This document shows, piece by piece, positions 20,975 to 31,379 of a DNA stretch of 64,000 nt. The notes beneath the pieces are model-generated. The model was given only the letters and a program-made list of their open reading frames with translations. It did not search any database and was not told where the DNA came from. This DNA comes from a virus (taxonomy: Duplodnaviria > Heunggongvirae > Uroviricota > Caudoviricetes), in the IMG/VR virus record IMGVR_UViG_3300022561_000002. One strand, given 5' to 3'. The translations under genes and the position numbers were made by a program. Positions within the stretch are counted from its first letter, which is position 1. Each line of letters begins with the position of its first letter.

Positions 20975-22240
20975 TTATAATTTAACTACATTTCTCCTTG
21001 TTTCACCAGTGGAGATATATATATCTTTATACTCCAAGAAACTTGAGCAGAAATCCATAATACCCATTTCAGTTCCTTCTTGCCTTGAAACTAAGATTTT
21101 ATTATTGGTTTCATCTAAATGAGTAATTGCAACAGAGGGATTCATAAAAATATCAATAGTATAATTGGAATTATCTTTAGCATACTTATAAAAATCATCA
21201 AGAATTGCACGTGCGACTAAAGGCTTATCCATATAACCATATCTAAAATGTCCTTGAAATTGATTGGTTTGATTTGTTTTTTCGTTAAAAACTCCATTTA
21301 AACTTGCTTTTGAATAAACCTCTGTTTCGAAAGGGCCCGCCCCATGCCTGGTCGTGTAACTTCTCATTACATAACAAACTTCTATGTCAGAATCTTTAAT
21401 AATATCAGTAGATTTAAGTAATTCTACCACATTTTTAAGACCTGTGTGAGAAGCTGTTAGATGTGGAGAATATTTTTCGAAATCCCAGTCTAATAATAAT
21501 CCCTGAGCTCCTTCAAAAACTATATTTTCATATTTATTTAACATAAACTCGTCACTAGAAACATGAACATAGTTAAGCATGCGCCTTGTGTCTTTAATAA
21601 AATTGTCTATTAAATTATCATTAAAAAATAAGTCCTTTTTTTCTTCAGAGAGACACAGTTCTTCAATCATATCTTTATAATAATTATCTCTAATATTTTG
21701 TAATCTCCATTTTAACTGTCCATCACTTCTCATTACGCAATCTTTGATAGTTAAATGGAAAAGTTCTGATGGATGGCCATTCCTAACAACAGATTCAAAA
21801 ACACCAGCCCCACAGCTTCCATGCCTATTCATTCCTCTTGACTCCTCTTTGAAAATATTAATTAAAGAATCAAAAGGTATAATTACAGTGCTATCACTAC
21901 AAACAGTGACCTTAGGTTTATAATAAACTTCACCTAAGAAGTCTAGTAATTCAATATTAAACTCAATTGGATTAACAATAAACTTTGAAGATAAATACGT
22001 ATCTACACTTTCATTAAAACTGCCTGCCCCTAGTTGTGAAAAAATATGTCTTTTGTCCCAATTAGGAGTAACAACAGTATGACCAGCTTGTGAAGAGCCA
22101 TTAAATCTCACATTTAAAACTCTTTCTTCATTTTTGGATAATTGGTTACAGAAGTAATCAGTCATTAAACCTTTGCCCTCATCTCCAAACATAGCTCCTA
22201 TTACTATTTTTATATTTTTCATACTGTCGCATCCTCCCAT
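20975..22240 (-). CDS. Adenylosuccinate synthetase family protein (PurA, or PurZ-like)
   Basis: P-loop GAMFGDEGKG and SQAGHTVV motifs; 421 aa. Confidence 0.65.
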   Translation of the reverse strand: MGGCDSMKNIKIVIGAMFGDEGKGLMTDYFCNQLSKNEERVLNVRFNGSSQAGHTVVTPNWDKRHIFSQLGAGSFNESVDTYLSSKFIVNPIEFNIELLDFLGEVYYKPKVTVCSDSTVIIPFDSLINIFKEESRGMNRHGSCGAGVFESVVRNGHPSELFHLTIKDCVMRSDGQLKWRLQNIRDNYYKDMIEELCLSEEKKDLFFNDNLIDNFIKDTRRMLNYVHVSSDEFMLNKYENIVFEGAQGLLLDWDFEKYSPHLTASHTGLKNVVELLKSTDIIKDSDIEVCYVMRSYTTRHGAGPFETEVYSKASLNGVFNEKTNQTNQFQGHFRYGYMDKPLVARAILDDFYKYAKDNSNYTIDIFMNPSVAITHLDETNNKILVSRQEGTEMGIMDFCSSFLEYKDIYISTGETRRNVVKL

Positions 22241-22245
22241 TTAAT

Positions 22246-23145
22246 TTAAAATGTTACTAATTCACTTTCTCTATTTACTGAGGTTAATCCTTTAAGGGCA
22301 TCAGCTACTGCGATTGAAGTGTCTCCATCCCAACTTGCAATAACATCTTTTGCATCTTTACCACTCATTGTATCAAGAATAGATACTATAATTTCGGGAA
22401 TTTTAGTATAGTCTTTAACTCTAATTGCTCTTTCGCCTAATATATTTTGCCATTTTATATAATCGCTTTCAAGATGACTTCCACCTTGGGTCATACAGAA
22501 ATGGAATACTTCATACTGTCTATTAACCTGTGCAAGAACTTCCTCGATAGAAACATCTCTTTCAACATCACTACCAAAAATGTTTTGAAGTTCGTCTTTT
22601 GTTAATTTAGCAGGGAATCCATCGTCGCCAAATGTGAATAAGAATCCTTTTTTACCTCTTTTGTCGTAGTTATCACACTTAGTGTAATTAGCTGCGAAAT
22701 ACCAAGCAAGAGGATAGCTTTCAAAACTATTTCCACCACCACCACGCTCAAAATATACAGAAGTTAGCTGTTCAGCAATCCTAATATCGCTTTCAAATTG
22801 TGTAACTTGAAGTGGACAACTATCATATACAGCATCACCGATCGCCGCAAACATAACCTGAGGGTCTGTTACTGGCTCTCTATCATAAATTTGAGCAATT
22901 AGATCCCCCAATTTCTCTGCCATAACTTCTAGAATTCTACTCATGCTACCAGTTACATCCAACCCAATGATAATAGGAGTACTTAATGGATGTTCTACAC
23001 TATCACAACTTTCTCTAACTACATTTTTTGGATCAAATTCTGGTTTCATATCTCTTGATGTGTAGATAGCCGCTGAGCTTTTACCTACAATTGTTGTTTT
23101 TGAATAACTAGACCAACTATCCGCAGTCCATTTCCCGCCACCCAT
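22246..23145 (-). CDS. von Willebrand factor A domain protein
   Basis: MIDAS-like DVTGSMS motif. Confidence 0.5.
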   Translation of the reverse strand: MGGGKWTADSWSSYSKTTIVGKSSAAIYTSRDMKPEFDPKNVVRESCDSVEHPLSTPIIIGLDVTGSMSRILEVMAEKLGDLIAQIYDREPVTDPQVMFAAIGDAVYDSCPLQVTQFESDIRIAEQLTSVYFERGGGGNSFESYPLAWYFAANYTKCDNYDKRGKKGFLFTFGDDGFPAKLTKDELQNIFGSDVERDVSIEEVLAQVNRQYEVFHFCMTQGGSHLESDYIKWQNILGERAIRVKDYTKIPEIIVSILDTMSGKDAKDVIASWDGDTSIAVADALKGLTSVNRESELVTF

Positions 23146-23163
23146 AATAATACCTCCTAGTAT

Positions 23164-24180
23164 TTATATTTTATATATATCATTTGCATTAACGTCTAAT
23201 ATTACAAAAACTCTTTTGCCCCAAGCCTTATCTAATGCCTTACTCCATTCTTTAAATTCAGTAACAGCATCATCACTTGAGCCTTTTTTAATCCAATTTA
23301 TAAATTCAATTGGCATTTCTTTTGATTTAATTAATGTCTTATCATTTAATAGCTGTTTCGCTATAAACTTTATACATTCCAAATCCGTTCTGCTATTTGC
23401 AATTTTTTCATACTTATCCTTTAACGGCATTAAATCGAAAATTGCTTTTTGTGTTCCTATCATCTTTTGCTTTTCTTTTGTTGCATACCACCAACCACCA
23501 AATAAAGATATTGAATGAAATTTAGGAGATACAAAACAGTTATTTAAACTAATACCATTATGTACTATTCCTTTATATTGTAGATAACAAGCGATATTTG
23601 ATAATCTACTTATAACCCACGCTACGTGTTTTTCATTAAATTTACCATTTTGTTGTAATAGTAAATCTTCCAAAAGAAATTCGTCTTCTGTTTTAGATAA
23701 TACTAAACACCATTGGGATTGATCGGTTTGAAACTTATCTTCAATTTTGGGAAAATATCTTGAAAATTCTTTTTTCATATCATCATTTTTATAAGTAAGA
23801 TTTCCTATTTGTAATATCGCATTATCATAAAACTTCTTATGCTCTTTGTTTAAAAGATAAATGATATGTTTATTACCTATATAAAACTTTCCTAATTCAA
23901 ATGATTTTTCTGATAAATATTTAAAAGCTATTTTTTTACCATTGATTGATGTTATGAATATTTTGTTATTGGCCTTCCAAGTCCCTTCTTCAATTGAAGT
24001 TAAAGCCTCAGTGTAAAGAAGATTTAGCTTTGTAATTACAGTATGAGCTATTTCCTCTTTAAAGACATCGGGATGATATTGCTTTGCCAATCTTCTATAT
24101 TCAGCTTTAATCTCTGTTATATCATTTTCAAAAAGGTCTCCGCATTTTTTAGCATTTAGAATTTCGGCTACTGTATTCAT
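23164..24180 (-). CDS. J-domain (DnaJ-like) protein with an uncharacterised C-terminal domain
   Basis: YRRLAKQYHPDV HPD motif near the N-terminus. Confidence 0.55.
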   Translation of the reverse strand: MNTVAEILNAKKCGDLFENDITEIKAEYRRLAKQYHPDVFKEEIAHTVITKLNLLYTEALTSIEEGTWKANNKIFITSINGKKIAFKYLSEKSFELGKFYIGNKHIIYLLNKEHKKFYDNAILQIGNLTYKNDDMKKEFSRYFPKIEDKFQTDQSQWCLVLSKTEDEFLLEDLLLQQNGKFNEKHVAWVISRLSNIACYLQYKGIVHNGISLNNCFVSPKFHSISLFGGWWYATKEKQKMIGTQKAIFDLMPLKDKYEKIANSRTDLECIKFIAKQLLNDKTLIKSKEMPIEFINWIKKGSSDDAVTEFKEWSKALDKAWGKRVFVILDVNANDIYKI

Positions 24181-24277
24181 ATATTTTCCTCTCCTTTACT
24201 ATATATATATTATATCATATTTTTTAGACGTTGTAAAATAAAGATAGAATAGGTATAAAACCTATTCTACTATATCT

Positions 24278-24658
24278 TTATTTTATTGACCTTCTGATTT
24301 TATCAGTAACTTCGTTAATATTATATACCTGTATATTTTTAGGGATTGGCATGTGATCCTCATGAATAGAATATTCTCCATCACTATTATTAGTTGTTGT
24401 TATAATACTTATTGATTCATCAACTCCAGTAAAACCAGCTTGAGGATCGATTTGATGTGGACCTAAAGCTCTTACTCCTACTGGATATGTAACTGGTCCA
24501 CTCACATGATAAGTTGGTTTCGTTTCTTTTTGTTCACAATAAGGCTTTGAACCAAATATTCTACCTATAGGTGAATTTGAGTTAAGACCTCTTTCATAAA
24601 TATTACAATCTTCTTTAAATTTACATACTATTCTTTTAGTACAATCATCACATAACAT
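24278..24658 (-). CDS. Hypothetical protein
   Basis: 126 aa ORF. Confidence 0.4.
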   Translation of the reverse strand: MLCDDCTKRIVCKFKEDCNIYERGLNSNSPIGRIFGSKPYCEQKETKPTYHVSGPVTYPVGVRALGPHQIDPQAGFTGVDESISIITTTNNSDGEYSIHEDHMPIPKNIQVYNINEVTDKIRRSIK

Positions 24659-24663
24659 ATAAT

Positions 24664-24828
24664 TTACTCCTCATCTTTGTATCTAAAAGTTTTTGTATTT
24701 TCATCTGTATAAACAAACTCAGTGCCGCATTGGTCACAATACAAATCCTTTTCTTTTTCGTGCATCAATTTTCCCTTAAAACATTCGGGGCATAAAATAT
24801 CAGTTCTTTTCATAATATACTCACTCAT
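24664..24828 (-). CDS. Small zinc-ribbon protein (not in the ORF track)
   Basis: MSEYIMKRTDILCPEC...CDQC; ATGA overlap with the upstream gene suggests translational coupling. Confidence 0.35.
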   Translation of the reverse strand: MSEYIMKRTDILCPECFKGKLMHEKEKDLYCDQCGTEFVYTDENTKTFRYKDEE

Positions 24829-25046
24829 TTCAAACCATGCCTTTCAAATTCATAAATTATTCTATCCATATATCCTTGTGCTTTTTCTACAACCATAACA
24901 GCCTGTATTTCAACAAGCGTTTTAAGACGTTTAGCTTCTGCAATTGCCTCAGAGGGATCAAAAACCTGTAATTCCTGTTCTAAACAACTTCCTTCCACAT
25001 TTTCAAAATAAGCTCTTATTACATACTGCGATATTTTGTTATCCAA
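24825..25046 (-). CDS. Hypothetical protein
   Basis: 73 aa ORF behind a promoter. Confidence 0.4.
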   Translation of the reverse strand: MDNKISQYVIRAYFENVEGSCLEQELQVFDPSEAIAEAKRLKTLVEIQAVMVVEKAQGYMDRIIYEFERHGLK

Positions 25047-25104
25047 TATTATTTCCTCCTTCTATATCTTATAATATATTATATCATTTTTTTATGTAAG
25101 AGTC

Positions 25105-25133
25105 AAAAAAAAGGAAGGCTATATAAGCCTTCC
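25105..25133 (-). terminator. Terminator
   Basis: aaaaaaaaGGAAGGCtatataaGCCTTCC. Confidence 0.55.
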
Positions 25134-25135
25134 AT

Positions 25136-25345
25136 TTAGTGTTCTCGACGTTGGGGTACATCATATACACCATCAAAAAAGTATATACTTTCTCTATCTA
25201 AATCATTTTTTACTTCAATAAGAGCATCTTTATATACTGTTTCTAACCATGCTTTACCTTCGTCAGTTTTAGAAACAACGTTTAACAATCTCTTTAAAAC
25301 CTTATCTCTGAATTCGTATTCATCCATTAGTTCATCTTTTTTCAT
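25136..25345 (-). CDS. Hypothetical protein
   Basis: 69 aa ORF; terminator hairpin immediately downstream. Confidence 0.4.
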   Translation of the reverse strand: MKKDELMDEYEFRDKVLKRLLNVVSKTDEGKAWLETVYKDALIEVKNDLDRESIYFFDGVYDVPQRREH

Positions 25346-25475
25346 ATTTATATACTCCTCCTTTTCGGGAAAACAATACTTTTTTTAATAAAATCGAATT
25401 AATAATCAAAACCTTTATAACTCTCTTTCGTTTTCCCCGTGATCCCAGGCACGGTGACGATGGAGGGAAAAGTCG

Positions 25476-26081
25476 TTATTTATCTTGCTTTGAATAGAAA
25501 TAATCATTATATATCTTATATCTATCTTTGATACTTATATCTTCGCCACGCTCTAAAAACTTATTAAATTTTTTCCAAAAACCGCATTCTTCAAATTCCG
25601 GACAGCCGCATCGATAAACACAACTTGGTACTAACACATTTGATAACTCTGGTTCGAAATCATATAATTCTATTTTGAAGTCTTCTGCGTACTCTCTTGT
25701 TTCTTTAGATGCTTGAAAACAAAGTCTCTTGCGCCAACTGTCAATTAAGTGTTGAGCATTGGCTTCACCCTCGAAAGTAACTAATTCATCTTGAGATAGA
25801 GCAGCTCTATCAAAACCGATTCTATCACTTCTTCGAGTGCTTATAAAACATTCCCATTTATGTCTAGACCAGTGAGTTGCAATCCAGGATTTAATCCCAT
25901 CCCACATCCAATTAACTTTTATTAATCGAGCAGGACTATGCTCTGAAATCAAAAGAGAAGTTTTGAATTGACTTGAAGGTTCATTTTCTGTATGTTCTTT
26001 GTTTACAGTAGTTCTACATTTGTTTTTAGCGTCTTTCCAATCGTTCTCTATTTTATTTATCTTTGTTAGCATTAATTCCAA
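25476..26081 (-). CDS. Possible flavin-dependent thymidylate synthase (ThyX-like)
   Basis: RHKWECFISTRRS loosely matches the ThyX RHRx7S motif; sits within the nucleotide-metabolism cluster. Confidence 0.3.
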   Translation of the reverse strand: MELMLTKINKIENDWKDAKNKCRTTVNKEHTENEPSSQFKTSLLISEHSPARLIKVNWMWDGIKSWIATHWSRHKWECFISTRRSDRIGFDRAALSQDELVTFEGEANAQHLIDSWRKRLCFQASKETREYAEDFKIELYDFEPELSNVLVPSCVYRCGCPEFEECGFWKKFNKFLERGEDISIKDRYKIYNDYFYSKQDK

Positions 26082-26307
26082 GCTCCTTATCTAGTGCATA
26101 TTCATTAAATCCGATTGCTTCAAAATCACCAATGATAATAAAGGGTATAGAGGTAACGCCTTTATTTGCCAAGAAGGCCATCGCCGCATCATTCTCTCTA
26201 ATATCGAAATCTATATAATCTATATTATTCTTTTTAAAGTAAGCCTTGGCTGCGATACACCTACCGCAACCAGGACCACTATATATAACTACTTGTCTAT
26301 CTTCCAT
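26053..26307 (-). CDS. Glutaredoxin / NrdH-like redoxin
   Basis: VVIYSGPGCGRC CxxC motif; start moved to the internal ATG with an AGGAGA RBS so it no longer overlaps the RNR gene. Confidence 0.55.
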   Translation of the reverse strand: MEDRQVVIYSGPGCGRCIAAKAYFKKNNIDYIDFDIRENDAAMAFLANKGVTSIPFIIIGDFEAIGFNEYALDKELGINANKDK

Positions 26308-26317
26308 TCTTTTTCTC

Positions 26318-28672
26318 CTATCTGACAGGACAGCTTCCTGTTGTGCATGTTGGGTCTTCGCTAAACTCAATTTCAATTTCATCTTTTTCGTATTTAGCAA
26401 TTAATGAAGCATTGAAAGGCTTCATTGAATCTACCATTAAATCGTATTCAACATGAGAAATTGATTCGTAAGGCAATAGCTCATAAAAACTATCATCAAG
26501 AGATAAGAAGCTTACAGCAACTACATTATCCCAATTATCCCACATCCACTGCTCTACTGTTTCCCACTCTTCGTCTCTTACATGAACTGTAATAGAGCAG
26601 TTATGGTCAATATAATGCTCCATAAACATTAGGTAATTCTCTAATTGCTCAATAGCACTTACATCATATTTAGTTCTTCCTTCAGGCGACTTAACTGGGA
26701 ATTCAACTACTTTTGTTTTTGCCGTTGCATAGTCTTGTCCTACTTCTGCTTTGATTGGATATCCCAATTCTTCGCATACTTTTACAATAGGATCTTGAGC
26801 ATTAACTCTAATTCTTCTAATATAATAAGGAGAGTGAGAGTAATGAACTCCACTTGACACAACTGGAAGTTGTGACAAGGTCCCTTCGGGTTTGATAGTA
26901 GTAACCAATAAAGGTTTTTCCATTCTCAGTGATTTCGCATATTCCGCCGCTGCGCTAACCGCAACTTCTCTTAAGTCTCTAAGTAGACATATTTCATCAT
27001 CTTTATCAAACCCAGTGGCATTAACCATATCTTGCCAACCAGTTAAGGAACAGCCGATTAATTTATCTCTTTGTTGAATATTATTCCATTTAGGAAGCTC
27101 TAATTCAACACAAGTCATTCTATATCCAGACCTTGCGGAAAGCTTTTGTGCCTTTAATAATCCCATTCTATCCAAAGTACCATCAGCACGAACAAAACTC
27201 ATTACATTAACAGTAGTAAGGTTACACATCCCTTTGTTATCAAGTAAGATCTCTGCACATGGATTAATACCTTGAAAGTTATCTCTTCTCTTAGAAGCAG
27301 CCGCTGAATTAACAAAGCCAGGTTCTCCAGAATATCTCTGTTTATCCATCAACCAATGTAGTTTTTCTCTTGTTGGTTTTGATTTATAAAAGATAGAATT
27401 ATTACTCATACTTCTATGTACTAGGCTATTATCAACAACCCATTGATCTCCTATTTGTTTATATAAATCACTTTTCGCATTGATACATATTTCATCATCG
27501 CTATCGAAGAGCGCTATTTCTGCGGTTCTACGTACGCCTCCAACAACAACTCCTTCGCCAATTATATTACAAATATCAAGACAATCAATAGGTTCTAATT
27601 TAACTTTCCAATTAATTAGGTTACCTTTTCTACTGATAACATTATCAATTTTTGTGAATACATCTTTAAGAGCGTTATGCCCTGAAGCGGTACCTCCGAA
27701 AGTTTTCAATTTCTCTCCTGCTGGTCTAACATTATCATAAGTCATAATAATATTACGAACATCCTTATATTGCATTTCAGTGGTAATTGATAAGAAGTAT
27801 TTAAGTGCGTCTACCCAACCATTTTTACTATCTCCAATAATTATATTAACTGTACTGTCTCCATCAAAGATTAAACTTGTATGATCAGCCCGATTTGCTT
27901 TAGGAACAGCCACAAAATCTTTGTGAATCATCTTATAGTTATTTCTAAAATAAGGTAATTTTTTAACATCATCTTTATTAATCCTAACACCAACACCACT
28001 ACCTAACATTAATAGATAAAATAAATCTACAAATGATTCAATATCTTCAATTATCTCAAAGCTACAATTAAAGTTTGACATTGGATATAATTCTGAAACT
28101 TTTGTATTGCCGACCCACATAGTCCTTCCACTCAAGAACTGACGCAGATTAAACATATTATCAAATAATGCTTCTGCTTCGACCTTAGATGTTGCTACAA
28201 TACTACAGTTGTAATCGACAGCTCTCGCGCATGTTTCCCACCAAAATTCTCTTCTTTGTTTTTCGGGAAGCCATCTTGAGTAAGTCCTGTAATAAACAAA
28301 GTTTCCCAACTGGCTCATTGGTGATTGTGCGTGCTTATATTTGTTTAAAAATTCTTTTGAAAGATTTTTATATGTTGGAGTATCAACTTCCCTTTCCTTT
28401 GCTCTGTCATTACGATATAATATATATGCTTTTGCTACTGCGTAAGACTTATATTCCATCAGTAGTTGTTCTACTCTATCACTAATACCTTCAACAGTCC
28501 ATAAAGAATCTGAAGACTCTACTTCAGATTTAATCTGTGCTGTAATTTTTTGTGATAATTCTTTGTTGACCTTTCCGACATCAGCCATAGACTTTTCGAT
28601 TGCGACAATAATTTTGTCTTCCTCGAACTTGGCTCTTGTACCATTTCGTTTTAAAATTTCAATCATTAACAT
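26318..28672 (-). CDS. Ribonucleotide reductase large subunit with N-terminal ATP-cone (no separate small subunit seen; possibly class II)
   Basis: ATP-cone MIEILKRNGTRAKFEEDKI; GINPCAEIL active-site region; 784 aa. Confidence 0.7.
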   Translation of the reverse strand: MLMIEILKRNGTRAKFEEDKIIVAIEKSMADVGKVNKELSQKITAQIKSEVESSDSLWTVEGISDRVEQLLMEYKSYAVAKAYILYRNDRAKEREVDTPTYKNLSKEFLNKYKHAQSPMSQLGNFVYYRTYSRWLPEKQRREFWWETCARAVDYNCSIVATSKVEAEALFDNMFNLRQFLSGRTMWVGNTKVSELYPMSNFNCSFEIIEDIESFVDLFYLLMLGSGVGVRINKDDVKKLPYFRNNYKMIHKDFVAVPKANRADHTSLIFDGDSTVNIIIGDSKNGWVDALKYFLSITTEMQYKDVRNIIMTYDNVRPAGEKLKTFGGTASGHNALKDVFTKIDNVISRKGNLINWKVKLEPIDCLDICNIIGEGVVVGGVRRTAEIALFDSDDEICINAKSDLYKQIGDQWVVDNSLVHRSMSNNSIFYKSKPTREKLHWLMDKQRYSGEPGFVNSAAASKRRDNFQGINPCAEILLDNKGMCNLTTVNVMSFVRADGTLDRMGLLKAQKLSARSGYRMTCVELELPKWNNIQQRDKLIGCSLTGWQDMVNATGFDKDDEICLLRDLREVAVSAAAEYAKSLRMEKPLLVTTIKPEGTLSQLPVVSSGVHYSHSPYYIRRIRVNAQDPIVKVCEELGYPIKAEVGQDYATAKTKVVEFPVKSPEGRTKYDVSAIEQLENYLMFMEHYIDHNCSITVHVRDEEWETVEQWMWDNWDNVVAVSFLSLDDSFYELLPYESISHVEYDLMVDSMKPFNASLIAKYEKDEIEIEFSEDPTCTTGSCPVR

Positions 28673-28794
28673 TCTCCTTTTTGATTTTTTCTGTAATTAT
28701 ATATATATTATAACAAATTTTTCCAGAGATTTCAAATAAAATAGAGCCTATAAAAGCTCTATTTTAAAATTTTGTCTTATTAAATTTGTTTATA

Positions 28795-29316
28795 TTAATC
28801 CCACCACCATTTAATTCTATCTTTGAATATTTCACAAAATCTTCCCATATGCTCTTCATATAGTTCATCACTGTGTGACACCATAATTCTAAAGGAGTCT
28901 CTTTCATCTTGGGTTTTTTCTCTATTAACTTCTTTAAGAACATTATCAAAAGTATATTCTCCATATTTGTCTAAATATTCTTTATGCATTGGTTCAAACG
29001 CTTCTTCTTCATTCTTGCCATCTGCAATATATCTTAATTCTTTAATTGCTTCACGAATATCACTTGCGTATATCTTTGCGTCAGCACTTACTGTTTTTCC
29101 ATTCTCGTAAAAATCTTCCATAAGTTCTAATTTCTTAAGCATAATTTCAAATAAATATCCATAATCCCATTGTCTATCGTTCCATATAATGGGAAACCAT
29201 TTAATAAGATTTTTAATACTTTCTAGTGTACGTCTTGGGAAGCTTATAATATTATGCCAAATTTTTTCCAATGTATATCTCATTTTATTTCTCCTATATC
29301 TATAAGCCATTGACAT
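28795..29316 (-). CDS. Hypothetical protein
   Basis: 173 aa ORF. Confidence 0.45.
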   Translation of the reverse strand: MSMAYRYRRNKMRYTLEKIWHNIISFPRRTLESIKNLIKWFPIIWNDRQWDYGYLFEIMLKKLELMEDFYENGKTVSADAKIYASDIREAIKELRYIADGKNEEEAFEPMHKEYLDKYGEYTFDNVLKEVNREKTQDERDSFRIMVSHSDELYEEHMGRFCEIFKDRIKWWWD

Positions 29317-29596
29317 TATTTCTGAACTCTCTAAAACTCTTCGTATTCAAAGCTATATCAAATAATTGATATTCTTTACCAATAAGTGTGAACCAAGCAT
29401 TTTTAATTCTTTTTAAAAATATACTGAAAGGGGTGTCTTGAGCGGTATAAAACGTTTCTTTAAAAAGTGAAATGCCATAATCAGTACTCCCATCCATCCA
29501 ATCATATCTTGTCACTTTCAGTATTGAACATCCGCAATTACATGTGGCTATTGCTTGACAAATTTCTTTTTCTTCGCAGATTGCATCTTTTTTCAT
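29300..29596 (-). CDS. Hypothetical Cys-containing protein
   Basis: 98 aa; CNCGC motif. Confidence 0.4.
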   Translation of the reverse strand: MKKDAICEEKEICQAIATCNCGCSILKVTRYDWMDGSTDYGISLFKETFYTAQDTPFSIFLKRIKNAWFTLIGKEYQLFDIALNTKSFREFRNNVNGL

Positions 29597-29607
29597 GTGT
29601 ATCCTCC

Positions 29608-30327
29608 TTATACTAATTCAATTATATCTTCATATATAGCCCTAATCTGGCTACCAATAGCTTTATCTTCATGCATATGACCAAATATAAACTTCTTAAA
29701 TTGCTCTTTTCCAGCTATGCTGGTGTAAATTGCATCAAGCCAATATGGCAAAAAGTATTCACTAGGTTTCTTCATAAATTCTATTACTCCCACAAATGGA
29801 TATGCCATGGCAAGAGTTTCATGAGAAATTATATATTCAATCTTATCTATGTTCGCTTCAAAAGTTAAACGATATTCTTCCAACTCTTCCATAGTAGGCT
29901 CTTCCGCAGCCCACCAGCTTTTATTTACGGTTCTATATGCTTTATCAGTAGACCTTGCTCCACCAATTGTAAAGATAGTAATACCATCTATAGTGAAGAC
30001 CTGTCCGCGCATTAGGTGTATAACCTGTTCGTTTATATGATGAACCTTTCCACCATTCCATTCACTTATAGGATACTCATTTAATCTATTGAAGTTCTCA
30101 TGGTTACCATCTATAAATAAAACTCTGCATTTTACATTTTTTAGTAACCATTTTAATCCCTCTTGATTTTTATCAAGATAGTGAACTTTATCAAAGTCAT
30201 GCCATATAATACCAAAATCTCCATCAACGATAATATAATCATCGTATGTTAAATCTAAGTTTTTTATTTTTTCAAATTTTCTTTTTAATCCATCTGTTCC
30301 GTGTAGATCTCCCGTATTTAATATCAT
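29608..30327 (-). CDS. Calcineurin-like metallophosphoesterase
   Basis: GDLHG, DGDFG and GNHE motifs. Confidence 0.6.
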   Translation of the reverse strand: MILNTGDLHGTDGLKRKFEKIKNLDLTYDDYIIVDGDFGIIWHDFDKVHYLDKNQEGLKWLLKNVKCRVLFIDGNHENFNRLNEYPISEWNGGKVHHINEQVIHLMRGQVFTIDGITIFTIGGARSTDKAYRTVNKSWWAAEEPTMEELEEYRLTFEANIDKIEYIISHETLAMAYPFVGVIEFMKKPSEYFLPYWLDAIYTSIAGKEQFKKFIFGHMHEDKAIGSQIRAIYEDIIELV

Positions 30328-30342
30328 ATGGTACTCCTTTCT

Positions 30343-30534
30343 TTATTTATATTTCTTTCTAATGTCCTTCCAAAGGTCTGTTAGTGCATCACCAATTATT
30401 ATTGAACCTATTATAACAATTATTGCACCACCAGTTTCTAATAGTAATTTGTTTGCAATTAAATATGTGAACAAACCTACAAAAATTACTCCTATTAAAA
30501 AATTCTTAATTCCTTTTATAACTAAATCCTTCAT
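30343..30534 (-). CDS. Small membrane protein
   Basis: 63 aa, two hydrophobic helices. Confidence 0.4.
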   Translation of the reverse strand: MKDLVIKGIKNFLIGVIFVGLFTYLIANKLLLETGGAIIVIIGSIIIGDALTDLWKDIRKKYK

Positions 30535-30545
30535 GCACTCTCCTT

Positions 30546-31379
30546 TTATACTATACTACATCTTGTTAAAACAGTTTGTTTCACGTCATGATATTCCTTA
30601 TGCTCTTTAACAGTTCCTTTTAATTTATAAACTTGATTTTCATTTAATTTCTTTGAAGCAGTAGACCATATATAAACATTTTCATCTTTATCTAACATTG
30701 TATGTAGATAAGTAGTTCCGTATTTAGTATCAAATGTATATACTGATTTTATAGTAAGCTCTAATTGTACCTTTTGCTTGACTTCAAATTTGAAAACAGA
30801 AGGAGATTCGGGAGTAGTTTGTTTCTTGAACCAGGGTTTCAAATCTAAATCAGACTTTAGAGTTATATATTCTCCCTTTTGCATTGATACATCATCCCAG
30901 TCAACTCTATGCAGTTCATAAGCAGAGTCCTTAGGTTCATATCCACCAAAGAAATACCAACCAAAAGAATTACTAAACTTTGCACCCATATCTTTTAACT
31001 CTTCTCTGATGCTATATGTATTGCCGAGAATAGCCATAATATATCCGTTTTCAAAACCGTTCTTTTCTCTGTACTCTCTATTAGATTCAATTGCATTAGC
31101 TATTCTTTCAGCTTCTCTTTTGTTTCGAAGTTCATCTGCCTTTAACTGCGTTCTCGCGTATTCTTTATCAGTATATGCACGAACATCTAAAGTAACGAAC
31201 CCCTTACCATTACATTTAAAGCAAATTCCATTATAGTTCATCGCCCAAGAGATATGATTAGAGCTGCCAACTCCGCCGCATCTATCACAGGTTTCTTTTA
31301 TCTTAACGTAAGGCTTTCCATCTTTGTCGAAAATTTCACTAATGATCTCTGCATTCTGATACGATTTTGCCACCTTCAT
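30546..31379 (-). CDS. Hypothetical zinc-finger protein
   Basis: CDRCGG...CFKCNGKG motifs. Confidence 0.45.
   Translation of the reverse strand: MKVAKSYQNAEIISEIFDKDGKPYVKIKETCDRCGGVGSSNHISWAMNYNGICFKCNGKGFVTLDVRAYTDKEYARTQLKADELRNKREAERIANAIESNREYREKNGFENGYIMAILGNTYSIREELKDMGAKFSNSFGWYFFGGYEPKDSAYELHRVDWDDVSMQKGEYITLKSDLDLKPWFKKQTTPESPSVFKFEVKQKVQLELTIKSVYTFDTKYGTTYLHTMLDKDENVYIWSTASKKLNENQVYKLKGTVKEHKEYHDVKQTVLTRCSIV

Noticed and set aside
28764-28964. 66-aa minus-strand ORF
   Set aside because: It overlaps the longer 173-aa ORF in another frame.
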